Assembly (NCBI GenBank): GCA_039621445.1
Contig: CP154954.1
Coordinates: 16,832,589-16,896,588, forward strand
Reading direction: 5' to 3'
DNA: 64,000 nucleotides
Origin: Euglena gracilis
Taxonomy: Eukaryota
The translations under genes and the position numbers were made by a program. Each line of letters starts with the position of its first letter. Within the stretch, counting starts at the first letter, position 1. The notes beneath the pieces were generated by a model. That model did not search any database, was not told the DNA's origin, and was given only the letters and a program-made list of their open reading frames with translations. Positions 51,452-64,000 of the stretch are shown piece by piece.

Positions 51452-51670
51452 GGTACACAGCTCGGGGGAAAAGCAGTCGTTTTGCAGTCGCATAAAAATA
51501 GGCCCCATGACGGTTCCCGGCGAAGGACGCCACCGGCCCTCAAAGAGAGGCCGCCGCCCATCGCCGAGAACCATCCGTTGAGGAGTACGGGGGGCCTCTG
51601 ACGGGTGCGGAGCCCCCTTCGTTGGCGCAATACGAGGGGCTGGGCGCCAGTTGTACCGGCCTCTGTGGCC

Positions 51671-51975
51671 CAGGGCGGTTCTTAAGCAAATGAAAAACAA
51701 CTTCGCTGTCCCAGCACACTCAGTAAAAAATGCACAAGAAGAAATTTTGGCATTTTTCGGCGAGAACAGGTCGACATCGGGAAAAAAATTGATTCCTGGC
51801 ACCCTTGGACCATCGTCCATCCACCCAAATCATCAAAAACTGTTATTTCCGACTGTTAAATTTCTGCACCTGTTCAAATCCCAGTCTGGCCCTTGGCCGG
51901 CCCTTTGGCCGAAAGGGGGGGGGGGGCGGCTCTTAAGGAAATAAAAAACTTTCCTGTCCCTTAAAGACTGCCCTG
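51671..51975 (+). mobile_element. hAT-like MITE family D (305 bp)
   Basis: TIR cagggcggttcttaag / cttaaagactgccctg; perfect 8-bp TSD CTGTGGCC at 51663-51670 and 51976-51983. Confidence 0.88.
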
Positions 51976-52779
51976 CTGTGGCCTGAAGGGCGGTCGGCCA
52001 AAGCAGGCCGCTGGCTGTGGGGGCAAAGAAGCAGGGACCCGAAGGAGGGGGTTGGCCCCCACCCAACCCTCCACCCTTTGGGGGGCGGGGGACCTGCTCT
52101 CGGGGCTCTTAGGGTGTCGATTTTGGGGCCAAAATTTTTCAGTGTTTCGCCGAAAATAGAGAGAGAGGAAACCCTTCAAAGAATAGGACCACTCATTGCG
52201 CCTGCAAAATTTCCATTCAGCACCGAAGGAATTTTCGACGGCAAGGATTCAAAGGTTTTTAAGACATTTTCACTGCTTTTTATTAGGTTTCTGACAGTTG
52301 TTTTTAAGGTTCTGTTTTCAAGGTTTGTCCCAGGGCCCACTCGGCATCAAACGGGGTCGAAAACTTGAAGAAGAAGAAAAAGCCTCATTTTGGGGGGTTG
52401 GGAGGGACAGAAATGTTCCTGCGATGCCAGGAATCGTTTTTTTCTCTGGGGTTGGGCTTTTGTTAACGGAGATTTTTGCGACGTCATTTTTGCTCGGGTG
52501 AATTTCATTTTGCCCGAATAAATTTATTAGGGTTTCTAGTATTTTAAAGCATTTTGGCCAAAAAAAATGAGGGTTGTCAAATGATACTATTGAGGCGACC
52601 GTCAGGAGTCGGTAAGCAATGGTGTGTGTCCAATAGCTCTGACGAAAACAATGCATTGCCCATCGTGTTGTGGGCGTTATCTCGGCAGAATCCCTCCGAG
52701 AGATTTCTTTTAAAAGTGTGGGTATCCCTCAAAAATCGCCCCTTCGAAATATGGGAAGGGGTGGGGGTACCCCACTCAC

Positions 52780-52897
52780 CATCCACAGGGTTTCGGGGAT
52801 TCCCGCACAGCCCTGCGGACCAGACATACCTTTGGTGCACCCCCAATTGCATCCCCAACACGTGCATACCGGTGCGTCCCCACACGGGGACCTCCAC
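52780..52897 (-). other. Candidate isolated 118-nt exon (unverified)
   Basis: Minus strand reads ctcaccacag|GTGGAG...TGGATG|gtgagt (canonical acceptor and donor), open in two frames; no recognisable protein. Confidence 0.2.
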
Positions 52898-53071
52898 CTG
52901 TGGTGAGGCCACGGTGGAGTAAAACGAGACTAAGGTCACCAGGGTCGAAAAAAGGAGGACATGGCGGTTTGCGATGAACCAGCCCCTGCCCACAAAGTCC
53001 CTCCGAGAACTCTTGCGTGCTCGTTTGTAATAACTATCCACTCAAAGAGAGTAAATGGCACAAATGCTTGT

Positions 53072-53398
53072 CAGGGCCTGAAGGAAATTAAAAAAAAACC
53101 AACTCTGCTGTCCCAACACATGCAGCTAAAAAAAAAACACAGGAAAAAAAATGGACAGGCATTTAGCATTTTCGGCGAAAACAGGTGGACACCATTGGGA
53201 AAACATTTTTTAATTGGTCTCTGGCATCTTTAGACCTTTGCCAAACCAGCCAAAACACCAAAAAACGCAATTTTCAACTTTTTGGTTTTCGACCTCATTC
53301 AAGGCCCAGCCTGGACCTTGGTCGGCCCTTTAGCCTTTAGAGGAGGGGTGGTCCTTGAGAAATAAAATAAAATTCCCCGTCCCTTAAAGACTGCCCCG
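53072..53398 (+). mobile_element. Diverged MITE family D copy
   Basis: cagggc...gctgtcccaacaca...ttttcggcgaaaacagg...cccttaaagactgccccg is collinear with 51671-51975; flanks atgcttgt / gtgcttgg (6/8). Confidence 0.72.
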
Positions 53399-55644
53399 GT
53401 GCTTGGAGAGTCAACTTGTGCTGTCCATTATATGGCACCACGATACCATGGTGTATGATGCAGCAGAACTACCATGGGTCATCAAAGATCAGGATTTTTG
53501 ATTGGGTTTGCAAGGACACCTTGGCTATGTTTGCAAGAGGGCATTGCTGGAGACATATTGAAATCAGGGTTAAAATAAAATCTGAGAGGAAAGCATTTAA
53601 CCATAAAAAATCAGTGTTTTAAAATGAAAAACAGAGAAGGCAAAAATCAAAATACATGCATCATGGAAAATGCAAAAAAAAAAAAAAATAAAAGGCACAA
53701 AAAAAATAAATAAAAAAAGCAAAAAACATCGGCTTGGAACAAAAAAAATTTGGGGGTTAAAAAAAAAACAAAGCAAAAAAGTCGGGGGGTGTGGGAAATT
53801 TGGGAAAATCAAAGCCACCTGCAGTTTGGTAAAAAATGATTGGGGGAAAAAAATATCTGGTCAGGGGTTCTCAATAAAACAACTGGTTAAAAATGTGTTG
53901 CAAAACAACCTTAAAAAAAATCTCCATTGAATGTAACATACAATGGGATCAAAAAACACAGCCAGAAACAAATGTAACAAAGTGGGTTGGAGGAACAACG
54001 GGCAAACAACCATGGGGTCAAAATTATGTAAATTGGGGTCTTATGTCTGGCTGGGAGAATTGGTCAGTGCGTTTGCAAAACTTCTCAATTGAAATCAGGT
54101 TTTCAATACCAACTCTTAAAAGGAGTCCAGTCACTGGAGCAGGAAAGCATTTAACCATATAAATATTCAGTGTTTTTATGAATCACTGAAAATAAAACAA
54201 AGAAAGGCACAAAACCTCCAAATACAGACATCAATGGGAAACTGCAGACAAACCATGCGGCAGTGCTGGTGGATTCTGTGCATGCCCACAATACGTAATA
54301 AATTCGGGGTAATCATAGACAACCACAGCAAAAACTTTGGAGGGCTCCAGTTCCGGGAAAAGCCACATTGGAACAATCAAACCAGTCGGCTGGCACTCCT
54401 GGTAAAAAAAATAAACCCCTCGTGCCTGGTTGCCAGCCTCTCCAACCCACACACGCCGTCCCAAATCGGGGTTTCCGTCTCATTGTGGGGGCCATTTCTG
54501 CATTCATTCGCACAGAACGTTGCCGCCGGTGGTCTGGAGGCCTTCTTGGCCAAAATCCCACCGCAATGGGTGGTCAGACGATGGCACCGCCACAAACAGT
54601 GGCCAGAAAGGAAGAGTGCTGGGGGGGAGTGGGTTGGATACCGTCAGGATCAGCATCAACCATCCCCAACAAGAACCGCTTTCACAATTGCGCCTGTGGT
54701 TTTTGTGCTGGCGGAAAATGTGTCTGGGTTCTTATGGGAACGCCACTTCTGTTGGCCCCCATTCATCCCATCAACCACAAACCACTGTCCGGGGTCTCCC
54801 ATGTTAAACAAATCATGAAGAAATTGGGATGCCAACACACGGTGTGTGAGGCACACCGTGCGCAACCATGTGTCTTTCGATGAAAGTTGACTGGAAAAGT
54901 AATGGCATTGAAAATTTGATTTCCTGCTATTATTTGTCTCTTGCATTGTTTTGTCACCTTTTTTTTAAAAAAAAAGTGACAAAAAAGTCAGGCATTGAAA
55001 GAAGGTGTGATACATATGGTGTGTCGGCATCCCCAATGGATAAACATGGGCCAACGTGCAGGCACCCATGCGCAGGCAGACCCATCCATTGGTCAAAAGT
55101 GGGGGGTCACCGGGCATGTGGGGGGGTACAATGGGGAGTATAGTCGGTCTGGACCCCTGTGGTCCTGATTATGTGGCCAGGAAGGGATGTGAAACCGACA
55201 GCTCAGGGAGAAACCTGGAACCTGTGTCAGGGACAGTGCGTCTGCAAAGCAAGTGGGGCACTTTGGGGCAGCAACTTGGCTCGCCGGCAACACACACAGA
55301 AACAGAAAGACTGCCAGACAGGCACACACAAAATAAAACACACACACACACACACACGTGTGCGCACAAATAGACAGAAAGGGACACCACAAACACACAT
55401 AGACAGAAAGGGACCACCCACCAACCAAACCTTCCCCACCCCCCCCCCACAAACTTTGAAAAATCCCCGGTCCGACCATCCCAGCCACCAACAGGACCGC
55501 CGACCACTAGGCAAAAAGCCAGAGGACAAGACGGCAGGGGCAAAGGTCGGTGGGGCCTCCAGTTACACACCAGCCGACGTTGCCAGCCACACGACCCAAC
55601 AACCAGCTCCCCCCTCCTACCACTTTCCTCCACCACCCCAGGAC

Positions 55645-55942
55645 CAGGCCGTTCTTTACCAACCCCGGGGGGAGGGGGGGGGGGGTCCGGAGTGCCTATG
55701 AGTGCCTGCCCAGGCAGGCACTACCCCGGGTCGGATGTCGGGGGGGGGGGTCGGATTTCGGCTGTGCCCAGGCACATTCCTTTGAAAATAGGCCATTTTT
55801 GGCTCCCTGGCGCCTTCGGCACCGGGTCTGTGCTAGGGCACTTTTGGACGTGTGCCCTACCCCCCCCCGGGGGGGTTGATTTTTGTGCCTTGGAGTGCCT
55901 GCCCAGGCAGGCACCCCCCCCACCTCAAAAAAAAACATCCTG
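55645..55942 (+). mobile_element. hAT-like MITE family C, uninterrupted (298 bp)
   Basis: Ends caggccgttcttt / aaaaaacatcctg; perfect 8-bp TSD CCCAGGAC at 55637-55644 and 55943-55950. Confidence 0.88.
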
Positions 55943-57554
55943 CCCAGGACTGATCCTCTTCAGGGGAAAAAACCAAATATCCAATGGAAAACAGAGAAGA
56001 AAATGGCGGGAATTATCGCAAAACCATCACCACATTTTGGGGGGAGGGGACAGCTCGGCTTCGGAGGAAAAGGCGATTTCTGGCATCCTTGGAGCATCGC
56101 AGATGCACCCAAACCTTCAAGAAATGCGCTTTTTGGCTTTGTGATTTTCGATCCCGTTCAAACTCCTTTACCAGCCATTGGCCGGCCCTCAGGTCAAAGG
56201 GTGGTACTTAGTGAGGAAAAAATCCTGTCCACAAGAACCCCCTTCCCAGACTGGGATTTTTTAAAGCACCTTAAGAGACCTTAAATGTCTTAAAACGCCC
56301 TAAAAACTTGAACTGGCAGAACTTTCCCGGGGGGAAAAATATTTCTGATTTTTGATTTCTGACATTCTTGGAACATTGTCCATCCAACCAAAGCTCAAAA
56401 AAAAATTTACGCTGGAGCAGTCTAACAGCAAAAAGCTGGTCCAGTGCCCAAGCCGCTCTCGGGTCGCCCCTGGATCGTCTTCAAGGAGGCATCGAAGACG
56501 GAAGGTTGGCATGACCCTGAGCAGCCAATGGCTCTGAGGCTTCGAAATCGCTTTCCCAAAAAACCTAAGCGGAGTCAGTCAAACCCACCCCCCCTCCCCC
56601 GTCTCAAGGTCCTCAGCCAAACTAACTCGGGGGCTGTGTTGGCTCCAACCACCCAGAAGGCCAGCGAGCCAATGGGGGGGGGGGGGGCGTTCTTAAAAAC
56701 AGCGTCACTCAGCCCAGGGGTGGAGGGGGTTCTCTCTCAGAGTGGTCCTCGGTCCTCAGTGGGGCCCAAGCCGTCAAGAGAGTTATCGCAGAGTTACCCG
56801 GGAGGCATCCCCTTGGGCAGCAGGGTCGACACGCCACACGTTCCAAAAATGCTCAAACAACTTCAACAACAACAAGTTCAAAAATGCTCAAACAACTTCT
56901 GCAGTGTTGGGGATAAATCAAACAGTCGTTTTGAAAGGGTGGGGTTCGTTTGAAATTTGATATCTGTGATATTGTGCACACGGGTAGGCCCCTGTCCGAC
57001 GCAGCTGCACCGCTAGCTCTGCCAAGGCGCACCAGCAAAGAGAACAAACTATTGCATTTCCTCGAAAGGTGGAAATTGTGTGGTTTTCCGATTTTTTTTT
57101 GCATGAGGAGTCCATCAAATATATGCAAATATATGAATTCCCAAAAAAGCAGCAGGAAATGTTTTCGCGGTAATTTCTCGGCCAATTGCTTGGGGACGGA
57201 AGCTACATGGGAAACATTACCTCCCCCCCTTGTCGTTTGACACGCCACTGTTCAAGGAAAGTGCCGTTGACACGGGAAGGGGGGTGTGACGACACAGTAC
57301 TATGGGGGAAAAAAACTGACAGTGCCAGCAACGATTGGCCTCCAATTATACCATTAGCCTCTCATACTGCACCAAATCACCGAATTCAAAGGGAAAACTT
57401 TGAAATTTGAGGCCAACGGCTGGGAAGAAGATCTCTTGGCTGAATTTCCTTAGAAACTATGGCCAGCGCAAAAAAAAATTAGGTTTGTAATATAAATAAT
57501 GAATAATAAAAATAAATGTTCCAGGAAAGTTCCATTAACACGGGGGCATGCCAA

Positions 57555-57853
57555 CAGGGGTTTTCTTAGGGACCCCCCAGGGTGGTCCAGCAAAAAGGCT
57601 GCTGGCTGGAAATGAGCTGCAGGCTGGACCCCCCTCCGGGGGATAGGGGGGGGGGGGTCCGGGGCTGGAGGGGGCTGGGCTTGGCTGGGTCGATGACAAA
57701 AAATTCTAAAACATTTTTGCCTTCTCGACATTTTGATGGATGGAGCTAGATCAAGGCTGGGGGGCTGTGATGGAGGAAGGTGTGATGAGGGGGAAAAAAT
57801 GCAGGGATGACCCCCCCGGGGATGGGGCACCCTCCGGCTTAAGAAAACCCCTG
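57555..57853. mobile_element. hAT-like MITE family E (299 bp) nested in family H
   Basis: Perfect 14-bp TIR caggggttttctta / taagaaaacccctg; flanks catgccaa / catgccag (7/8). Confidence 0.82.
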
Positions 57854-58256
57854 CATGCCAGCGACACGTGTGCCAACGACGGGGGGGGGGGTGATGGAGA
57901 GGGTGGGGGGGGCGACCCCCCACCCGCCATGGACCAGAAGAAAACCAGGCGCTCCAGGCGCTGAAAGAACCTCGAATCGAACTGACCAAACATCGGCACC
58001 AGCTGAATACAGGAAGGCCTGGTGGGGATGGGAAACCCAACCACCGGGATGGGGGGGGGGGGTCGACCATTCATCATCCATTGGGTTTTGGGGATCCTTA
58101 TACAGCCCTTGGAAAATTGGATGTTCTTTAGCACTTGCATAATTTGAAGGGCCAAATTGCATATCCCCCCCTGCCTGCCGGCCAGGGGCCAGCCGGATGC
58201 AGGCTGGCCAGCCAAGTGGGCTGCCCAGCTCACCTCCAGCCAGCCAGCAGCTCAAA

Positions 58257-59820
58257 GCAGGGGCAGGGAGATATTCTGGTCGGCCGAAGATTTTATTCTG
58301 GGGTTTTATTCCGGTTTATTCCGGAATTTATTCCGGTTTATTCCGGTCAATTTTTGTCTGAATGGACCCAGGATTTTTTTGAAGTGCAATTGGGCCGAGG
58401 CGTTCACCCGTCACTTAGCACTTGGTGATGCGGGTCTGCACACCACAGCAGACCGCGGCCTTTTTGGGAAAAAAAGCCGATGAAAATTGGTGCCAGGGTT
58501 TTTCTCTTGAGGCGGGTTCCTGAGACCGCTGTCTTTTTTCTTCCCAAAAATTGTCTCACCGAATGTCTTGGGCGGCCTAACTCGCACTTAGCTTTGAAAG
58601 TGTAAAATTGCGCCGACGCGCTTTTCGAACACCGAGGCCTGAGGTTCAGGACAATCCAAATTAGTGTCTTCCTACCACCCCCCCCCCAGGGCCTGGGGAC
58701 AAAAGTAACAACTTGGAACTGTACGGTGCACGGGCACAGCGCTCCCCGGGCCCAGTGTGCATGACCCCAAAGCACCGGGTAATGAAACGAGGGAACACCA
58801 TTGCGCAGTTGCGCCATAGCGCAACAATTTTTTTCATTCCAAAAAAAACACATTGCGCTTTGGCGCGATGTTTTTTTGTAATTCTGAATGTGGGGGATCA
58901 TTGCGCACTTGCACAATAACAACAACATATGCGTCAACATGTGTTTTCATTGCGCATCCGCCGAAGCGGACACCTCAGCAGGCAAACCTTCACGGACAGA
59001 TCGCAGAGCCTAAAAAAGCAACAAAACGGGCCAAAAAGTCAACTGGCCTGTGTAGCACCATCTGGGGAACACAGTCAAGGCTTCAAAAATGAGGGAGACA
59101 CAATGGAGTGTTGGCCCTTTTTGGGAAAATTCACGTGTCCTGGTGTTCAAACCCAGGGGTTTGAACCTTTTTTAACCTGGTGCACAGGCGGAAAAACACC
59201 AAGGTTGTGGCTGTTCCCTGGGTCCCAACATCAGCAAATGATGCATGTGCCACCGTGGAGGGTCCCCACAGAACCAGAGGGCCAAAAGGGTGGGTTTCAC
59301 CACCGGGCTTCAAAAAGAATGCAACGTTGCCCTTAAGCACAATGTAAAAATCAAAACCTTAAGTGCAAGTTAGGCCGCCTAAGTGTTATTACCCCCTGAT
59401 TGAAGGACGATTAGCTTTGGCCAATGGGATCCCTGCCCCCAAAAATCAGCGTTGATATTGTCCTAGTCCATGCCCCTTTGGAAAAAACTCAGGGACAAAC
59501 ATTCACTAAGTGCAGCCCCACAAGTGGGGATAAAATCCAAACAAAGAATGCATTCAACCAGGGGGAGAAATAGGCAAAGTAAAGGTGTGCTCCTGATATC
59601 AAGTGCCAATTGTGCTACTTGCGCTCTTTGTTGCTCTTGTGATTTTGAAACCTGAAAATATATCAAACTTCACCTTCATTGCCTTTGTGTCTTGCAGAAT
59701 TTTCAAGCTATTGGCTGGCACTTTTATTCCGTTTATTCCGGTTTTTTCTGGCTTATTCCGGTTTTCGCTAGTCCGGTTTATTCCGGTTTATTCCGGACCA
59801 GAATATCTCCCTGCCCCTGC
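58257..59820. mobile_element. ~1.56 kb TIR element with (TTTATTCCGG)n subterminal repeats
   Basis: Perfect 25-bp inverted repeat gcaggggcagggagatattctggtc / gaccagaatatctccctgcccctgc; TCAAA directly repeated on both sides; TTTATTCCGG arrays at ~58306-58347 and ~59723-59796. Confidence 0.82.
58567..59383. mobile_element. ~820 bp TIR element nested in the previous one
   Basis: cttgggcggcctaactcgcactta vs taagtgcaagttaggccgcctaag (2 mismatches in 24); TGT on both flanks; related end at 32680 (cttaggcggccgaaattcgcacttaag). Confidence 0.72.
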
Positions 59821-62210
59821 TCAAATCCAGCCAGCAGCCCAAATTCGGGCTGGGAGCCTCCCCCCCAGCGGGTCAAGTGAAATAAAGTTGGGTCCAGCCC
59901 GGCCGCAGGGGTGGGGGGAATATGCAACTGGCATACTTTGCATTTTTTTGCATAATCAGATTTTTTTTAAATTTGCATTTTTTTGCATTTTTTGCTTAAT
60001 TTTTTTTGCCCTGGAAAAATGTTATGCAAAAAAAAGGACTTTTGTGCTGCATTCCTAGCATCAGGTATGCTCTCCATTTTCGTAAATGTCCTAAATGTCC
60101 GCTTTATTGATGTTCAATGGTGACCTGGAGGGACGATTTGCTTAGAATGAACGTGCAGGTGCCATTCAGGTTGATTTTCAAAGCTTCAGTGCTTCCGTTG
60201 TCTTCCAGGAGGTCTTCTTTGTGAATCATTGACAGGTACACCGGCATTGTCACATGTTTACGGATTTTAGGCAGCAAAACTCTGCTACATTCCAGCCTTT
60301 TCTCAGGGGTATATGCAAGTTGCATTTTTTCTTTTTTTCTTTTTTTTTTGCATTTTTTGCATTTTTTTTTTGAGCAAAAGAAGAGAGGACCCACCGAACA
60401 TCCATGATCGACCACCCTTTTGTCTCCCGATCCCGTCCACATCGCCCGCCATCAGCCTCAATGGTGTTTGAGGGCCTCAATGGTCCTTTCAGCTTTTGTC
60501 CCATTTTTTTGGCCAGTTTTGTTTGCGTTTAGGCTGCCTTTGGCTGCTTTTGGGCTGCCTTTGGCTGCTTCTGTGCGAATTTGACACTCTGAGCCCAATC
60601 TTGGCTTCTTTGGGAGGCAAGCCTATCAAACGCTGCTAAAAAAAAATGGCAAAATATGACCAAAAGTGACCAAAAAAAATTACCAAAAAAGAGCATAAAA
60701 AAAGCAGTCAAAAGCAGCCAAAAGCAGCCAAACTGGTCAAAGCTGGGCAACAATGGCCCAAAATGACAGAAAAAAAAACAGCCAAAAATGACCAAAATTC
60801 GTCAAAAGTGGCTAAAAGCAGCCAAAATGGCCAAAAAATTGCTAAGTCAAAATATCAAAGAAAATGTCCAAAAATGTGCCGAAGGGGGGGAAAGCGACCA
60901 AAGCAGCCAAACCTGGCAAAGAAATAGGAAGAATGGCCAATAATGACCAAAAGTGTGAAAATATTTAACAATAGAAGCCTATCTATGGCCTCCATAAATC
61001 CTGCAACGCCCTGTATCGCCTTCTGCAGCATCGAAGGTGCTTGGAACCCACCCCTAACAAGAGCACGACGGAGACTGGATGGATGTCAGCCCCACAGGAG
61101 GCTCAGGCTGGGTGCAGCGAGTCGGAGCACAGAGGCTTATGGGTGGCCCGCAAACCATTCTCCAGGAGGGACAGAGGGATGGCGTTAGACAGTGCCAGGG
61201 CTGCACAGGAAAGTCTGGTGGGGGGGATCTCCACCCAGGAGGTAGGGGGATCAACCCCCCCCAGCCACCACACAGCACCCGCTCAAGGAAAATTTTGACC
61301 AGAAAATCGGCGCTCCCGGAAATTGGGGGGGGGGGGTCAGACCCCCGACCAGGATGGGGAGGGTCGACCCCCCACCGCCACCCATAACCCCCACAAAAAT
61401 GAGACCCCCCCAAATAAGACCCCCCCCCCCGCCGACGCCAAAAGTCTACCCAGGGTCTTATTTTTGGGGGGGGTTGGGGGTTTGGGCATTCCGGTAGAAC
61501 CCTGGTCGTCGCCCATAGCCCCGGGGCCCCCCGCAGCGGACAGGATGTGTGGTGCCAGACAGACAGGATTTGTGGTCCCATGTGTGGCAGGCAAATGGAT
61601 GAGTGAACGCGTTTGTCCTGGGCTGAGGACGCAAGTGCAGACGTGTGGGCATGCAGCAGCACACTCGCGTGCAGCGTTCGAATGGTGCAATCAGCTCCAA
61701 CGGTTGTGCAGTTCAAGCGCATCCCCTAATGGAAGCCCCATGCCCAGGCACATGCCCATATTGCAGGTATGTGTTTCCACCAACGACCATTAAGTACATG
61801 ATGTTCACTTTTCGAGGCTTTCGCCGCCGCATCTCCACGTGGGCTTGCCACACACCGGCCCCCCCTCCCCCGCCTCCAATCGAACCCAAGCACCCTCACC
61901 TCACCTCACCTCACCCTCCAAGCGGTCCCAAATATGCACATTTGTACTATTACTCGTTAGCCGATGAGAAATCCACAGGGTCCTCACACCACCTACCTCT
62001 GGGATACCATTCCAGACCACCAATCATGCTTTTTTCAAAAAAAACCTGGGGTGCCTTGTGCTATGGGATGCCTGCCCACAGCAGGCATCCCCCCCCCAGA
62101 ATCCCAATGCTTGCTGACCAAGCCAGATTTCCCTTGAAACTGGCCTTTTTGGGGCCCAGTGCCGAAGGCGGGCGGTGTGCCATCGCGCTGCCCAAGGCCT
62201 ACCTCACAAC

Positions 62211-62676
62211 CAGGGTTTGATATGAGGACAGGTGGGGGGGGGTCCGGACCCCCCTGCCGCCGCGGAGGGGGGGGGGGGGGGGGTGGGTGTGGGGGACACC
62301 CCCCACCTAAACAGTGGCGCGGTCCGGGTGACCGCGCCACTGACCGAATTTCGGACCAGGGACCGAATTTCGGCCCGGCGCTTTGCGCCGGGCCGGAAAT
62401 TTTTGACCCCCCCAAAACGACCCAAAGTGCCATTTTGGGCACTTTTTGGGGCCAAAATTTGCCAAAATGCAAAAAAAAATTCGGCGCAAAGCGCCGGAGG
62501 AAAAAATTGACCCTTTTGGGGGGGGCCGGGTACCCCCCCCCCCAGGGTCGATCCGGACCCCCCTGGCAGGTGGGGGGGGATGGTCCGGACCCCCCCCCCG
62601 CCGGCCAGGGGGGGGGGGGGGGGGGGGGGGACACCCCCCACCTAAACCATGTACGCCCTCCTTTTATCAAACCCTG
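62211..62676 (+). mobile_element. hAT-like MITE family A (466 bp)
   Basis: Ends cagggtttgatatgagga / tccttttatcaaaccctg; perfect 8-bp TSD CTCACAAC at 62203-62210 and 62677-62684; collinear with 40469-40884. Confidence 0.92.
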
Positions 62677-64000
62677 CTCACAACCCCACCCCACAACCCA
62701 ACCCAACCCCCCCCCGGGGGTCAAAAGTGCCCCCCCCCCCTGGCCTGCCCACATCACCCCCAGGGGGAGGGTGGTGCGAACTTCCTTTTGCCTGCCCCTG
62801 ACTCCCCCCCGGGAGGGAGAAAAAGCCTACCTGCAAGGAGGGGGAAACTGTCCAGCATTCGGTTGCCAGGCATTTAAATTTTCGCAGTTTTGGATTTGTC
62901 TCGTTTCCTATGCATTCTTTTGAAGTGCTGGTTTTTCGTACCTGTTTTTTATGCAGTTTGCTCCTTCTGCTGCCAGTGTTCAGGAAACCTCTCTCCCTCC
63001 TGCCAAAAACAGCCTGCCTGGGAGGCCTTAATCGCGGAGGTGGAAGGGGGCAGTTCAGGGAAAGCAGGCTGCTTTAAAAGAGTGCATCATGAGTGTGCTA
63101 TGGACAGGTAGGCAGGAGAAGGACCATCGGATGCGCTATGGACGGGCTCGCATTTTCGGTGTCATATTTTCCGCCATAACATTCTCATCAAAACAACAAT
63201 GTCCCGGGCCCCATCGGCTCATGCCCCGGAATGGCTTGGCTGCAGAATGGGGAACTGTTGGACCTTGACCAGCCCAAAAATCACTCAAAAGGTTGCACAA
63301 CATTGCGAAGGAAAAGACATATCCCAGCCCCCCCCCCCGCCTCCCCCCAACGAACTGCAGTGGCACACTGATAGTCGTTGTCACTGTCCTGGTTGCCCAT
63401 TGAGGCATGCTACATAAGGAGGGGGGGGCAATACAATGCAGTGCCAGGCCCTTGGCCTCGGTCAAGAGGTCAGCCAGACCCAGGGATGTGTGAGAAGCCC
63501 AGAGGAGGGGGGGGGGGTCAGACCAACGTTCAAACGCAGGAAGGGGGCGGGGGGGGGGGGGCGACTGCCCATTCGAGGACACTGTTTCGGCTGGCTTGTC
63601 CGACTGCTTTGAGTTCCTGAAAACAACCGCTCATTCCAATGCTTTCCACACCACATTTTCCATTGAAATATCAATATCCCCAATCAGGGTGTTCCTTAAC
63701 GACCTTGGGGGGGGGGGGTTCAGCTCAGAGGCTAGAAAATTTGAACTGGCTAGACACCCCTCCCCATGGGTTCGGGGCTAGAACTAGACCAGGCTCCTTT
63801 TGAAGACCCTGGAGTGGGTAGACAAAAAAATCACAAAATGTGCGTTCAAAATGAAAGAATGCAAGGCACGTGGAAAAACACGAGCATGTCCCGCTTTGCA
63901 TGTAAAAAGATGCATTTATAGGGGGTTTTTTTTGACATCTCCAGCACACAGGGTCCCAAAGAAAACTTGCAGCTGGTCTTCCCAATATCCGGGGGTCTGA

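Noticed and set aside
53460..54215. Diverged direct repeat (aggaaagcatttaaccata at ~53587 and ~54141) as possible LTRs
   Set aside because: Short and patchy, with no TG...CA ends, primer-binding site or internal coding sequence; more likely an old local duplication.

Overview
Repeat-dominated eukaryotic genomic DNA (organism not identifiable from the sequence). I found no protein-coding gene, RNA gene or CRISPR array that I can support; almost all listed ORFs are artefacts of repeats. The window has three parts. (1) 1-3.1 kb: a compound CAAG>CAAC>CAAA microsatellite and old repeat fragments. (2) 3.1-27.4 kb: an uninterrupted ~24 kb head-to-tail satellite of a ~161-164 bp monomer (about 150 copies), rich in A-tracts and dyads, TpA-free in consensus and with regional variant sectors, capped by a ~420 bp almost pure G/C tract. 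(3) 27.8-64 kb: a dense, nested field of non-autonomous TIR elements (MITEs). Several families have CAGG(G) ends and 8-bp target-site duplications (hAT-like), and two insertions are supported by empty-site paralogues within the window. The most unusual features are a fold-back element family carrying convergent TTAGGG/CCCTAA telomere-type repeats and terminal hairpins whose stems co-vary between copies, and a perfect (CCCTAA)7 tract at the breakpoint of an internal inversion in one MITE copy. A possible decayed non-LTR reverse-transcriptase fragment lies near 41.3-42.0 kb. Family letters (A-E, G, H, T) are my own labels.
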